From assembly GCA_036172245.1 (NCBI GenBank), contig JAYWIR010000006.1, forward strand, positions 62,001 to 126,000: DNA of 64,000 nt, read 5' to 3'. The notes beneath the pieces are model-generated. The model was not told where the DNA came from. It worked only from the letters and a program-made list of their open reading frames with translations, and ran no database searches. Positions 37,001 through 49,979 of the stretch are shown piece after piece; within the stretch, counting starts at the first letter, position 1, and every line of letters starts with the position of its first letter. Both the position numbers and the translations under genes were made by a program. The stretch comes from Raillietiella orientalis. Lineage: Eukaryota.

Positions 37001-40000
37001 CAAATGAAAGAATTTTGAGTTTTCTCAAAAAGAAGCGGTGTGAAACAAAAATGTGACCAAGTTCTTTGGTGGATTCCTCTCTGTGCAAGAATCGAACAGA
37101 AACTCTGGTAGTGTCGTTCGAAACGTTAGAACGTGTTCTCTCAGAAGACACAGTCAAAGTTCTGCAAATGCGTGTACAACACAGAAAGATCCGAAACACA
37201 GTGAACAAAGTAGTGTTGCCTTCAGAACTCCTTCTGCAAAATATTATCCATTTGAAGACATCAGGAGGGAGATCCCTCCTGATGTCTTCAGATGAAGAAA
37301 TCTCACAGTGACATGAGCGCTCGTGGCTTTCCGGACATGCAAAGCAAAAGGAAAGGTGGCCACACAACGAGCTAAGCATCTCTTTTACGCGCTGACTCGG
37401 TAGAAGTCGTGCGATCTCTCGACAGCTGGTTCCAGGAGCGCAAATTGCTCTTCGCGGCACAGAGGAGGGGGAATAAAGGACAAAGCAAGACAAGGGAGAA
37501 CCAGGAGGACTGACAAGTAAGACTGCGTTCGTACGGGTGCTTTCTCGGGAAGATTCGTGGATTTTATTTCCATCACCTACCTCCCAAATGTATTTTTGGG
37601 GCCTCAGAACTACCTCGAATTTCTCCGTTATTTTCACAAAGATCTCAGGAAATTTGTCAGAGCTACAGGGAACCTGGAATAACGGTTTTTAAAGATGGAT
37701 TGAAAGCAAATTCTGGACTGCAAACCTTATATAAGTTTTGCTCCTTGTCTTTCGCAGCTTCCAATACACTGACGATTTTCTTTAGGACGAAAGGTGGAAC
37801 TCTCGTCAGCATGGATTCCAGCTGAAGTATTCCACTTGCGGCCATGGATGCCACCAGTGGTTTATTATTCTTCTTGACGGCTACACTGGAACATACGAAA
37901 GGGTGCGTTGACTAAAGAAAGCCATATGTGTACACGCAACCCCATCTCGAGTTTTCCTAGCAAATAGCAGTCACGCATCAAGCAACGTGCTGTTGAAATG
38001 AATCCACTTTGCTCTCCTCTGCCTGAGAAGAGAAATGAACTTTCTCAAAAAAAGTAGCAGAGCTTTGCAACCGCGTGTTTTTCGCGTGGGGTCACCGAGT
38101 TACAAGACAGGAACCCGGATATATTCCATGGTGATTCCTCTTTGCGAGTTCGAACTCTTCAAGCACACATTGAATGTCAAATTAGTTCGTCCCGTGTTCA
38201 CCTAAAGAAGACCCTTGATGCACCCCGCTTCTTGCTGCATCCTCCGGCTGGCTGACGAAGTCACCGATTCAGAATCTTGAATTTCCGAAGACGAAAGCTG
38301 AGAGCATGGGGTCCGAGGGACCAGCGCGGCAGTTACGCTGCTTTCTTCAAATTTCCTCGAAGTAGAAGAACGGTTCGTCGGCGTTGTGGTTTGCGTACGA
38401 AAGAGGCTTTTCCCTCCAAAGGCAGTGAGCGTTCAGATGGTCGTGAAACCAGGGAGACCATGGGAATATTTTCCGCATCTGCGCTGCTACTCTTTCACAT
38501 ACCGTCAGTTTTAAGCTGAGAACATAACGACAATATATTTCTTTCTTGAGTGCTGCACCTGTTGCATTATTTTCTATCCGATTTCAAATGGACGAAAATT
38601 TCCAAGAGGGACACGAAATACGACTCCGAAATGTAGCTACTTTCAATGTACATTTCTTATCCATTCTGTGCACTTAGGCGGAAGAACCATCGCACCATAT
38701 CAGAAGCAAAGACTCCTTTCTACACTCACTCGATGCCTTGTTTCCCATCGGAAAGCTTTCTGAGCTGCTTGGCACTGGATGGCTCATTCTTTTGATCTTC
38801 GGATTGCGCATTCCGTTCTGTGCAAGTACTTGGTGCATCATAAGAACTTCCAGCATGGAGTAGTGTTTAAACTATGATTAAAAGGACCCCGTGGTGAGGA
38901 CGCGCTAATGCAAGAAAGATGCCCTCTGAGTCTTCTTGCTCCCATCCAGATCTCCGGACCTTTTTTCGGTGATTTTGTGCTCACTGCTGTTCTCATTGCG
39001 GAGCACAGAGTCGTCCTTCCATTGCAGGGCAACTCTTTGCCACATGGTTCACCTTATCTCTTCTAGCTTCTTTCCAGGATTCTGAATCGAAGGTCTCCAA
39101 GCCATTCCCATGTCGACGAAGGAATTCCGAGTGCTCCAAACCGAAACGAGTAGTCTGTTGTAGCTTTTGATTCGATCCTCATCGTTTTTGTAGACAGCTC
39201 AAGAAAATGTTCTTCCGCTTCACTACTTTTCGTAGTGATTTCCATTTCAATCTTCGTGTGCAACACAGAAAGAACGTGCCTTGCCACTCTACGAAAGAAC
39301 CAACGCACAAAGCTCCCCTCCCTCAATCAGATGCAAGAGAATGCACATTTCATGGAGATTACCTTTCGAGTTTGAACTTGTAAACCTCTGGATCCTTCTC
39401 AAGGTTAAGAACGGCCTCGCCTAGGTTGCCTACTTTTTGCGCGAATGTAAGGTGGCCTCCCTGGTTGCTGAAATCGTCTGCAAAATAAGTGAGCATATCT
39501 TTAGAGATGCCTACTGTTTCAAAGATATCTCGAGAATATTCTTCTTGAGATTGTCCAGAAGTCCTTTCAGAGCTATTTGGTTCAAAGGAAAGACTCCGCT
39601 GAATGGAAGGTTTCCAATGAGTGACGATTTTGGATTGTAATGAAAATAGGAGACTGGGACGGATGTAATTTTTTGAAGTTTTGAAGCAACCATCGCCGAA
39701 ATCTGAAAGAATTCACTTCATCTCCAAGAGAACAGACGGTTTGAAGTAGCATGCAATGCAAGTTCTTTGGTTTAGGCACATTTTAGACGCGTTCGGTTTG
39801 GTTGTCACCAATAAGGCGAGCTTAAAACCACACAAGAGGATACTTGATTAATGGACACTCCACTGGCGTGTGGTCTGTCCACAGAGAACCCCGAAAATGC
39901 TGGTACCTCAGTCTTTTCCGGCACCAGCCGCCCATTCGCCGGAAATCCAAAGAAGTTGGTTTCCTTCGCGCTGCCTTTCTCAGTAGATTTGGGAGCAAGG

Positions 40001-41849
40001 CTGTCGTGCTTTTCTGAACAGAGAATTGGCTCCCACAGTTGATGCATTGATTCGTGAGAGAATACTCACTGCACCACTCTGAGTTGCACCTGGAATCTAC
40101 GATCCACGCTTCGGAATGCGTCGTGCTTGGAACAAGATCTATTGCCTTGCCTAGGATGTTGACATTCAGCAAGTAAAGGCCCTGTTTTGTGTGATGGATG
40201 TGAATGACTACTCAACTTCCTTACCTCTTTGCTCTTCAAGTCAAGTTGCAGGTCATCTGCAGCATCAGTATTTGGGAAACTGCAAGAGAGAATACAGGAA
40301 AAAAAAAGCAAAATTTAGAGCATGTTCTGACGTTGCAAACTATCTGGAAGATGGAGAATAGGAAAAAGTCATACTTCGTAGTGGAGAGGAATCCTGCTGC
40401 CAAGACAACAAAAACCCGGTGCATTGGGAACAGCATGTTCTTGGGCCTCAATTCCTTTCTTCACTGCAATTACAGGGTGAAATTGTCTTCGTGCTGGACT
40501 TGCGGGAGACTGTGAATTTATAGAGCGTTTTGATAATTAAAATGCTCAGTTGCTGGATGGAATGAAAATAACTAGCACTTGATCTTTTTCCATTACCTAA
40601 TGCTGATTTTCCTGAATCTCAATGATCATAAGGACCCTGTATTTTTGCATAGGGTAACTGGAGTCAGAGGCTGTAGAGAGACTACGCTTCTACCAAAGGA
40701 GTCTGAATGTTGCTCCCTCCTGGTAATTTCTACCGCTGTGTTCTTAGATGACATGGATAAGAATCAAGAACGGGAGAAGAAGATTGCATTATGGGAAAGA
40801 AATGGCATGGATGAATGTTGTTTCCGGCCTGATTTAAGTAGTTAGGAGATACGCCAACTTTTCTCACCAGTCATTTTTCATTCTCATGCAAATGATTCCT
40901 CTCTTCTGCTTGTTTGGTTCGTTCCGTGTCAAGCGACACTTCGGTTTCTGCTGGGCCCCGTATTCCCGCTTTCGCTTTCGCTCGTGGTACAAAGTCGCGA
41001 ACCTCTGAGTGCTTCCGTGTACCGTGTTTGTTTTTTGTGCGAACGCATAAGAGCACGCGCGCACGGTTGACACAAAGAAGAGAATGCCGTCCCGCATGAA
41101 GTGGCACGTGTTGGGACTGAAATCGCGATTCTTGGGAGATTCTATTTTCTACTAGATTTTTGACTACCCCTTCTGTGTGGAAGCGTAGCCACGTCTCAAT
41201 ATCCGCCAACAGTTAGGGTACTCACGTGACTTCGTATCGGAAGCTGCTTTTCTAGTACGCGATCTTAATTTTCGAGTAGGATCACGAGACTCATGTAGAT
41301 GCATTTGATTGGAGGGTAGGCAACTAAAGATGCTGCTGCTTCGTTCTAAAGAAGGTAAGCGAAAGTTCGGAAATTCCTCTTCCCACTCTCTCTCTCCTTC
41401 TTTCTTCTTTTTGTGCTTTCCCTGCCTGCCCTTTCTTGCGTTTTCCTGCTCCTTCCTCTCTCCTTCTTCCTGAGCTCCCCCTCCTTCTAGGGGTTGCGCG
41501 CTCATTGGGAGGCGGAGAGGCAAGACGCGGACAGGAAACAGCTCCAGCGTGCTGCTTTCCAGGAGAAGCCGGTGTCCGCACAACTGCACCTTCGAGCAAG
41601 GCCGCTGTATGCAGATCAATGTGACGAGAGGGAGGAAATGGTTTGCTATGCTCATCTGCGATCTGAGATGAGATTCACATGGGTGAATGGAGAATACCTT
41701 GGAAGCAGGAAAGTGAGATTCTCTCGAGGGTAGAAAACGAACCACAAAAGGGGCGTCGAGGATCCTCTGCGGTGCATAGCAGAACATAGCAGAACGTCTA
41801 TGGTAGCTTCAGTTTCTCGACAACCAGCTATTTGGATCCAGCTGTGCTT

Positions 41850-42890
41850 CCTCCATCTCCTTTCCTTCTGCTACAGAATCTTTGCTTCGAAGTTCCTCTC
41901 TCTACTGTGATGCCCAACTTTTCATTGTTCTAAGTCGCAATCCTGAGAGCGCCAACGATGGCTCAAATTTACTTGCTTCTTGGGATAAACTTAGCAGCGG
42001 GAGCAAAAGGAAGGACTCGCTGCTACACGTCCAGAGGATATCTTCCAAGCTGCATTGATAAATGATCCCTTAAGCGTTTTACAATAGGACTTTTTGGCGT
42101 CCTCTGCAAAGTTTGCCCAAGTGCGTCCAGTTTGACGTCGATGTGTCTGTCGGCCGTCTCTGTTGAAGCTCGCTATCAGGTGTATCGCGCTGGGCAATCC
42201 TCTAGAAAGGTACTTTCCTCTTGTTGTCTTCCATTCTCTTCCTGTGGAACTCTGTGCGGCAAAAGAGCACCCAAAAGCAATCGTCCTTTGTGTTCTTTTG
42301 ACGGTCACTTCTTCATTACAGATGGAAACCCTGTCGCATTAGCATTCCGGCAGAAAAAAAAATCGCTTTCTGATGACAGCATCTAACGGTGCATGTCTGG
42401 AGGGAAGAGACGCCCATCTCATGTCTCACAGGGCTTATCCGACTTCATCTTCCACCCATCACTTCAAATGGGATGCAATTTTCCATGAGGACGAGAGGAG
42501 TCTCGACGCGAAGGAGCCGCTCATCATCAGTTGATGAGTATCGTGGATTCCTCAAGCTGTTGTTCCCTCGCCCTACTTCTCATACATCTTTCCAATACCC
42601 AGGGGTGCCAGCAATTAATAACAGGGACTGGACCTCTCGGCTTGCATTTGAAGCGCACATGGCCTTTGACTCCAATAATTCTTGACTGCGGGTCCATTCC
42701 GTCTCCATTTCAGTCCTTGTTGTGGATGAAGGAACATCTGAGCTGTCCGCATCCAAACTACCAAGACCACCAGTTTCTGCCTTCAGTTTTTTCGTGTTCC
42801 CATCGAAACTTGCTGCTCGTCCCTTGCACCCTACCAAATTCTTGTAACACTGTTTCCTGGGGATCTATAGTTATCCACAAGAACCCTTGA
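41850..42890 (-). pseudogene. NACHT/P-loop NTPase-like pseudogene fragment
   Basis: LLLIAGTPG plus a 1-nt frameshift restores GTPGIGKM (Walker A-like, ~42585-42625). Downstream NFAEDAKKSYCKTL resembles the NACHT GFSxxxxxxY motif. Confidence 0.4.
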
Positions 42891-42919
42891 TTTCATTCCT
42901 TTTCATGTGGTTTCACGGC

Positions 42920-43670
42920 CGACAATGCGGTCCGTGTGGCTGCGATCTACGGGTGCCACCAGCATTGCGGGTTTGAATCCCACCCGAGGAAGCATCGACG
43001 CCGAGAAATGGAGTGCGTCATGGGTGTGGAGTCCCGCTGACAAAATGACGCTCTTTGAACTGTAGCCTTCGGTTGCGGCACTGGTGAAAGCCAGATGCCC
43101 CTGTTGACTGGTCGGGATTGGAATTCGACCCTCTGGGATCCTTTTAGAAACCAAAGAGCGGTTTCGTTCGGAATTTCCCTTCGGTTGTGAAACTGAAAGC
43201 GTATTATGGAGTTGGTCGATGCCTTCTTCGTGGGTTGCCTCTCCAGAGTATAAGGAGCGCGCTGCTCCCTTCGGGGTTTTCTTCAGAGGAGTAAATAAGG
43301 AGCCGTTCCCTTACGGGTTCTTCCTAGAAGAAATAAGGAGTATCTTTTTCTGGAGCCCCTCCTGATAGAATGAGGAAAAGGTTCCCTTCTGAGAAAACCA
43401 GAAAGAGGATCCCCTTCAAAGGTTTCCTCCCAAACGTAAGAGCTACGGACCCCTTCCCCTGGAGACTTTCCTGGATTCATAGGGTAGTCCCTTTGGGTTA
43501 CTCTTTATAACTTGAAGAGTCACACTCATCTTCGGGTGGGGTGGACAGCGTTAAAGAGCTTCGTGAGCCTCCCCTAAGAAGACGAACGGTTCTTCAAGAA
43601 CCATCCGCCTTCTTATCAGCACTTGACAAATCAACCAAAGAAAAGATCCCCTCTCCAAACAAAAAAAAGA
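42920..43670 (+). mobile_element. tRNA-headed SINE-like element, copy 4
   Basis: B box GGTTTGAATCCC at 42970-42981, shared core, internal units, and 3' motif CACTCATCTTCGGGTGGGGTGGACAGCGTTAAAG. Confidence 0.8.
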
Positions 43671-43989
43671 AAGCTGGAAGGAAAGTAGCTAAAGCAGAAC
43701 CCAGTAAGATCTACATTGGGCACTCTTCCTTGATGGGAAGAAAGTACGACGCCTTGTTTAAATGTTTCCCTCTGTACTGATTTTCCCACTTTCTTTGCAT
43801 CTGGTATTAGCCATCCACAAACTATTTCCAATTCGCTGCCACCACCGGAGGGAAGCAGCGACACTGGCGATTAATTGAACGCATTTCCGCTTCGCTGCTT
43901 TCTTTCCGATAATTACCGATAATTAAATCGTTGTGAGTGATCGTGATATGACTGGTTCTTATTTTTTAAAAAAATTCACTAGTGTTTAG

Positions 43990-44790
43990 GAATCTACATC
44001 TCGAACAAAATCCACATTGCATTTTCAACTTTGCCAGGAAGTTCCAAATATTCCTCACTAGCACCGCTTATGTCAGCGTAAACGCATTCTTCTTCATAAG
44101 CGGCGTGCTGGTTGCCACCGTAATGTTTCAGCAAATCAGCAGGATTGACGCCATATACAAAAGCACAAGGAACCGGAAGACAGTGTTGGTCGTGGTCTTT
44201 GCTTACGCCACAAGATGCTTGAGGTACAAAGTCAGGAACACGGGTCATCAACACCGAAATTCCATGTGAGTCTAACGCCGATGCTTGCTGCAAGCATCGC
44301 CTGGCTGGCCACACTGTTTATTTACTTCGGCAGCGGCTCTTTTTGAAAACAGGAAACGATCCCTTATTTCAAAACTCCCTGTACTAGTCGAACACCTTGT
44401 ATATCCAAAATTACTTGAGAGACAAAGATGGCAAACGCAACATGGTACGTCAAAATCATTTGTTTCGGAATGGGATGTGATACTGGCGACCCTGGGATTT
44501 GCGGTTGCGAATCTCCTACCATTCTTGCATTGGTGCGACGTGGAAAGGGAAACGTTCAGGCCTTCAATTTGGGAAGCTTCCAGTTTACCTGTTGGTGTCG
44601 TACAGCGTTGACACACTCGTCTAACCTCTGTGACCATCGTGGTGCCACGCTGCGCCACGTTCACGCGCCATAATTATGCTCGCAGCTGTTTGTCATATTT
44701 TAGTAGGTGCCGAGAGGCCATTCTGGATCACAAAAGAAATTTGCAATTACAAAATGTTAATTTCTTCATGCGGCAAGAAACCGATGCGTT
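43990..44790 (+). pseudogene. Acyltransferase-3 / NRF-6 (nose resistant to fluoxetine)-like exon remnants
   Basis: FQIFLTSTAYVSVNAFFFISGVLVA...YATRCLR ends at a GT donor (~44224), cf. SVDTFFFISGLL...RYLR. A decayed next exon reads LTSV..CATFTR / ERPFW..EIC (~44620-44750). Confidence 0.65.
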
Positions 44791-45413
44791 GGGTGACTGC
44801 ATACGTGCTATTAAGATCATCACGGGCTTGTGACTTCAGAGGTTGGGTGCGCGGGGAGATACTGAAAACGACAGAGAGAGATGAAAGAACGATGTTGCTT
44901 GAAGGAGCAGTCCGTCCACCGAAACCATGGTGCGATTCCTTCGTCGAAACCCATGCGCTTGCAACGGGTGCGAAGAATCATCACCGGGACTCGCGGGGTT
45001 CTTCTCGTTCCAGGCAGGTGGCACGTAATGCAGGAAATCGACGAATGACGGTCCTCAAGTAGAAGACGCAACCTTTGGGCTTGATGGCTGCAGGATACCT
45101 CAAAAGCGAACTGCCAGCCGCACGCAGTTCTCATGCAGCTGCTCCTGTAGCGATAGCCTCGCGCTGAACCACGGCAGGCTTGCTCCTTCCCTCCGTGAAG
45201 AGGCTGTGAAAAGCGAGTGAGCGAAACCAGATGGGTACGGGAAGACGCAGCTTCCTGGCGAATCAATTCGGTTCCGCGCAATCAGCGGCTGTCCTGACAG
45301 TTCCGAGAGAGATGGGGTCTGAATCGAGAGTCCTCATTTGGAGATCACTCTGCATGCTGATCGCTCGCATCCTCAACCAGCGACAGCAGATTCCAAAGTC
45401 CATTTCACTTCGG

Positions 45414-45464
45414 ATGAAAGCCGTCTGATATCTATCTATATCTATCTATCTATCTACATCTACA

Positions 45465-45522
<58 letters not shown>

Positions 45523-45719
45523 GTATATATATGTGCATATATATATATGTGTGTATATATATATGTGTATATATATATATGTGTATATATATATACACAG
45601 ATGTAGATGTAGATAGATAGATAGATATAGATAGATATCAGACGGCTTTCATACACATACATACATATATATATATGCACATTATGGATAAGAGAGAACA
45701 CATACATACATACATATAC

Positions 45720-45753
<34 letters not shown>

Positions 45754-45774
45754 GTGTTCTCTCTTATCCATAAT
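45414..45774. repeat. (TA)n-rich compound microsatellite forming two adjacent palindromes
   Basis: Arms 45414-45469 and 45597-45652 (56 bp), plus a second inverted repeat spanning 45681-45774 (~38-bp arms). Confidence 0.95.
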
Positions 45775-45959
45775 AAGCGCATGTATTTCCACGGTGGGAA
45801 AGCGCATTCGGCTTCCAAGCAACAGATTTCCGTCACCCGCAGAGCCGTTGATGATGGAAATCCTTTGGGTTCTTCTTTTCCTTCTGTCTTCGCTGTTTTT
45901 TCCTTCCATTTTTTTTTTTCAGTTTATTTTTTTTGGTTCGCTAAATACCTTAAGAGCTG

Positions 45960-46690
45960 ACGCGTGCCTCGCGGAGCACGTGGCAATTTAACACTGTTCC
46001 ACTCCACCCGCGAAGGGTGCGTGTAATTCTTCAAGATAAGGGGCACCATGGGAGGAGATCCGCCCTATGAATCCAGAAAGGTCTCGGAGTCCGTTCCTCT
46101 GACTCCTGGAGAGGGAACCCCAGAACGGGAGGACCACACCTCCACCCTGGTGGTCTCCGAAGGGAATCTACTTCCTCATTCTCTCCGAAGGGAGCCGCTC
46201 CTGTTCACTCCTTTGAAGAGAACCCCGAAGGGACGCTTCCGAAATTCAGGGCGGGCTCCGCTTCCCTGGAGAGATCGCTCTTGCTTCCTTTTACTCTCTG
46301 GAGAGGTGGCGACGCACCTTCGTCAGCACGACTAGGAGGGTTCCCCCCTGGAATAGGGGATCCGCTCCTTCAGCACCTACTCCATCTGAACAAACCGGAG
46401 GGGTCCCTCACGGTGGGATCCGCTCTCCATTGCACAACCGGAGGGACAACTTTCCACTCCTTGATTCCTGGAAGGACTCGGAGATCAACTCCCATTCCGG
46501 CATTCATCGGGAGCCTTCGATTTTAACCACTACCGCTGCCGCGCCCGAATATTTAGGCCAACCAGCGCCATCTTGCATAATAAACTCGGAACCCAACGAC
46601 GCAGGGCATCAGTTTCTTTCGTAGAATTCGAACCCGCGACGCATGGTGCCACGCGCGGAAGCCTTAATCACAAAGCCTTCGACGCAGTCA
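45960..46690 (-). mobile_element. tRNA-headed SINE-like element, copy 5
   Basis: Reverse complement has A-box-like GGCTTTGTGATTAAGGC, B box GGTTCGAATTC, core TCCTTCCAGGAATCAAGGAG, and 3' GAATTACACGCACCC..GGGTGGAGTGGAACAGTGTTAAA. Confidence 0.8.
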
Positions 46691-46899
46691 AGAAGACTAA
46701 GGTGACGAGATGAGTCTTCGCTTTGCCCTATTTGCTCCCCTCCTTCCCCATTTTTTTTTTTTTTGGATCCTCAGAAGGGAGATTTTCTGGAACTTCCAGC
46801 GGTGGCGGCTTCACTCTTTTTCAAATAGGAAATGCAGCTCAATGACACGCGGGAGGTTCTTCAGTTTTTACTCGCGATGGTCCGCGAAGATACCAGAAG

Positions 46900-48450
46900 A
46901 TATTCGCGGGAATTCGTTGCCTCCACGCTCAGCAGATGAGGAGGGAGGGGGCTGAAGACGGACTGACTCCCATTTCCACGCCACGTCGCAGTCCATCGAA
47001 AGATCGGATCGTGTGATCCGTCCGTGTGAAGAAGTTCGGAGCCAGTGACAGTCATCCCTCTGCAACAAGAAGGACCGATGCAAGTCCTTCTCACGCACTC
47101 CCGATCTCTTGTTCCACCCTGGAAGCCACTGGACGATACTCTTTCTGGGTCGGTCGAGGCGGCAGGAATCGGGGAGTCGTCCCAAGGAGGCGAACGAGTG
47201 CGCGGCATGGACGGTTCTCAGAGCGCGTCGCACACCTGGGAGGCCACCGAGCCAGATGGACGCGACCTCCGAATGTCAGTGGAAGGTGCGATGTGTTGAG
47301 ACGGCTTCCCTGTGCATGTCCATGTGGGCTTCGCCTCGCTTGGCGGACGGACAGCACTCCAAGTGAAGTGTCGGGATTGGCGCATCTGCTTGCTTTGCTG
47401 CTGAGTCAGCAGGAAGTTGCCCGCTTTCATCCAGATCCTCTCGCTCTGCGTCTGGTTAAGCCCTTGGACTGACGGGATGAGACGCGGAGTTTCGGCGCGG
47501 TGATTCCTTGGGATGAAAAGTCCCGCACGCCAGAACGGTTCCCCAATCCTGCCCGTCACAGGATGGAGGAGCATACTTGACAGGCCGTCCGAGAATAGCC
47601 GGAAGAAAGGCAAGATTTCGCCTCGGATTCCAGGAGAACAAGATGAATCGTCTTGTCGATCACTGAAAACCGAAGAGTTTTGCTGATGTGTATATGGATC
47701 AGGAAGTCGCCCCCCTCAATCGCAGCCTCGAGGCGCTTTGATGAATCCTCCCGAGGGGCAGGTTCCGATCCGCTTGTGCTGCTGGGATGCAAAGGAGAAA
47801 TGCGAGATATATCAGCATGCAAGAAGGGCACGTGCGATGTCGCGTGGAGCAAGAACGATGCAACTGGAACAACTTGTCGGTGTGAAGAGCCGATGCAGAA
47901 CAAGGGCATGCATGTCCTAACGTGTAATGCGGTCGAACCAAAAGGGAGGAGATGGCGCGTGGAGGAAGGGAAGAATGCTGTTTCTTGCAGAGCTTGTTAT
48001 ACGTCGAGGGGAAAACAAGTGGTTGTTGCCCTTCCAAGTATCTTGCCTGCCTTGGGCTGTCTTCTGCGCTTGTTCTTGAGAAGAACGTTTATGGCAAGAG
48101 GTTGGCATCAGACAGTTTCAAGGAATGTAAGGAGGTCGGAGTCTGTTCTTTTTCCTCCAGGGTTCCTCTTGCACCCGAGTGGCGGAGCAGAAGCGGGGTA
48201 CTAAGAAATGCGGAGGATTCTTGGATACTGGAGAGGCGTTCCTATGCAAGGTGCAGGCAGGCCAAGGAATGCACGCGAAAGAAGAGGCAGGCGCACGGGG
48301 AAGTGCGGCAGTTCTCGGGTGAAGAAGGCGGGAAGCACTGCCCTCCAAAGCCTCCAGACGAGCGGCGTCTAAAGGCATGCGCGCGGCTGCATGTGGTGGT
48401 ACAGCGTTTCAGGGTGAGTAACCTCTTCGCAGAAAGCTGCGTGTAGACGA
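46900..48450 (-). mobile_element. Degenerate non-LTR retrotransposon 3' portion
   Basis: RYLEG (cf. KYLG) near 48040 and a decayed C-terminal HRTFH..EVASIW segment near 47250-47300. Confidence 0.35.
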
Positions 48451-48719
48451 GCTAGGAAGAAAAGCATGCAAATAAGGTTTATTGGGCTCTCTGCAGCCGA
48501 TCTCAAAAGATTTGCAGCTCATCAATTTTTGCAACTGCGACGAAGACAGGGTCAGCAAAAAAGACTTCCACTACCAAATTATCAGGAATCGTTCATGGCT
48601 ACGTTACGGTGAAAGCATCGCCTATCGTTTTATCATCAAAGTTAAGCAGCGTCGGATCCAGTTAGGGATTGGATGTGAGATCACCTGGGATTCACAAGTG
48701 TCGTGAGCACCTTTTAGTG

Positions 48720-49607
48720 GCAGGAACGCACATCTCTGGCTGACTGTCGCTCCCGGTTTGCAGCTCCCTCTGACGAGTTCTAGTATTCGGTGGCTCGTAA
48801 TAGCGCCCGCTCCTTCCCGCGCGTCTTCTTCCGCGACTCTGTCACGCGCAGGCTGCAGCTTTCCGGAGCGTCAGCGTAGGCAAGACGGGTCGTGCGAGTC
48901 ATCGGATTCCGGTCCCCGTGCGTCTACGAGATCTCTATGCAGGTCTTTGACAGCTGCAGAAATCGCCCGCGGGCTCAGGAGGGCATGTGCTCCCAGGAAG
49001 GGCTGTCACAGATTTCGCGCCGATTGCACCTTGAGTGCTCCTTGGCTTCACGGCGATTCGAGCGTGCTAAAGCAAGGAGCGGTTGAGGAAGTGGAGAGTC
49101 TAGAGACACCTGGACTCCAGAATCCATGCCAAAGGGTCTGCGTGGCAGCTTCGTTGAGCGCATTTCTTCGGCAGCACCCCTGCTCCACTCATGCAGTCCA
49201 GCAAATGACTGCGACTCTAGCGGCGACTCTGCGAGTGGATGGCGGCGCCCGGCGCCAACCGTTTGCGCGCCCAACCCGGGGTCCTACAGCGTTGCCCGCT
49301 ACCTGCGGATTGCGACCAGGTGGCCCCACCTGGGAAGAATATGGACGGACCTCGAGGGCATCCTGCAAAGGATGGACCCTCCTCCCAATGGAGAGTGATC
49401 CCTTCCCGGCCCACCAAAGTCTTTATTTTTTTTTTCTATTTTTTTTTTCGTTTTGTTTTTTCCCCAGTCCCTTCCGCTGCTGTGGAGAGTCTCGCCGGTC
49501 TGCGTACCGGCGACCCAGCAGGTCCTGTGTTGTGTTGACCGTAGTGGGGCCTAATGCTACGTTTATATAGAGAATTAATAGACGCCCCGGCGTGATCGGG
49601 TGGCAAC
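48720..49607 (+). mobile_element. 3' portion and 3' UTR of an L1/Tx1-like element, same family as 58840-62450
   Basis: 49396-49607 aligns with the reverse complement of 58840-59061 (GTGATCCCTTCCC, T-rich tract, terminal CGCCCCGGCGTGA.CGGGTG). Confidence 0.85.
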
Positions 49608-49977
49608 CACCAACTTGGAGTCCGTGTTCACAAAAGTGATCGAAAACCAGTTTCCTGATCTCCTGAGGTCTGCTCCCTTAGAGAGAAACCTCACCCTGGG
49701 TGACCGGAACGAGGCGGGAACGTCGCCTTCGTCTTGAAACAGCTGTGTCAGCCGCAGTACCAGGGCGGTCAACTCTTCCGCGAAGCACTGAAAAAATCCC
49801 TGGCGCCTTCCTCCTCTTGAAACCCCTGATCGCGGTGATGATTTCATCGGTCGTGAAGGGCTCGTCGAGGCTTTCCCTGTCCTCCTCCCCTATGATCGGG
49901 CCTTCATCCGGTAGCAGCAACCGCGAGGTGTCCCGTTCCGGAGGTGCCCTGGCGTAAGGGAAGGAATAAAACCTCCG
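49608..49977 (-). mobile_element. RT N-terminal fragment of the same family
   Basis: Same-orientation homology to 61177-61563; peptides EPFTTDEIITAIRGFKRRKAPG and LVLRLTQL. Confidence 0.9.
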
Positions 49978-49979
49978 CA

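Noticed and set aside
45338..45836. ORFs with IY/YI repeats
   Set aside because: They are translations of the (TA)n microsatellite.
48720..49977. Twin-priming 5' inversion
   Set aside because: The inverted fragment adjoins the element's 3' end and not its 5' end; nested insertion explains it better.
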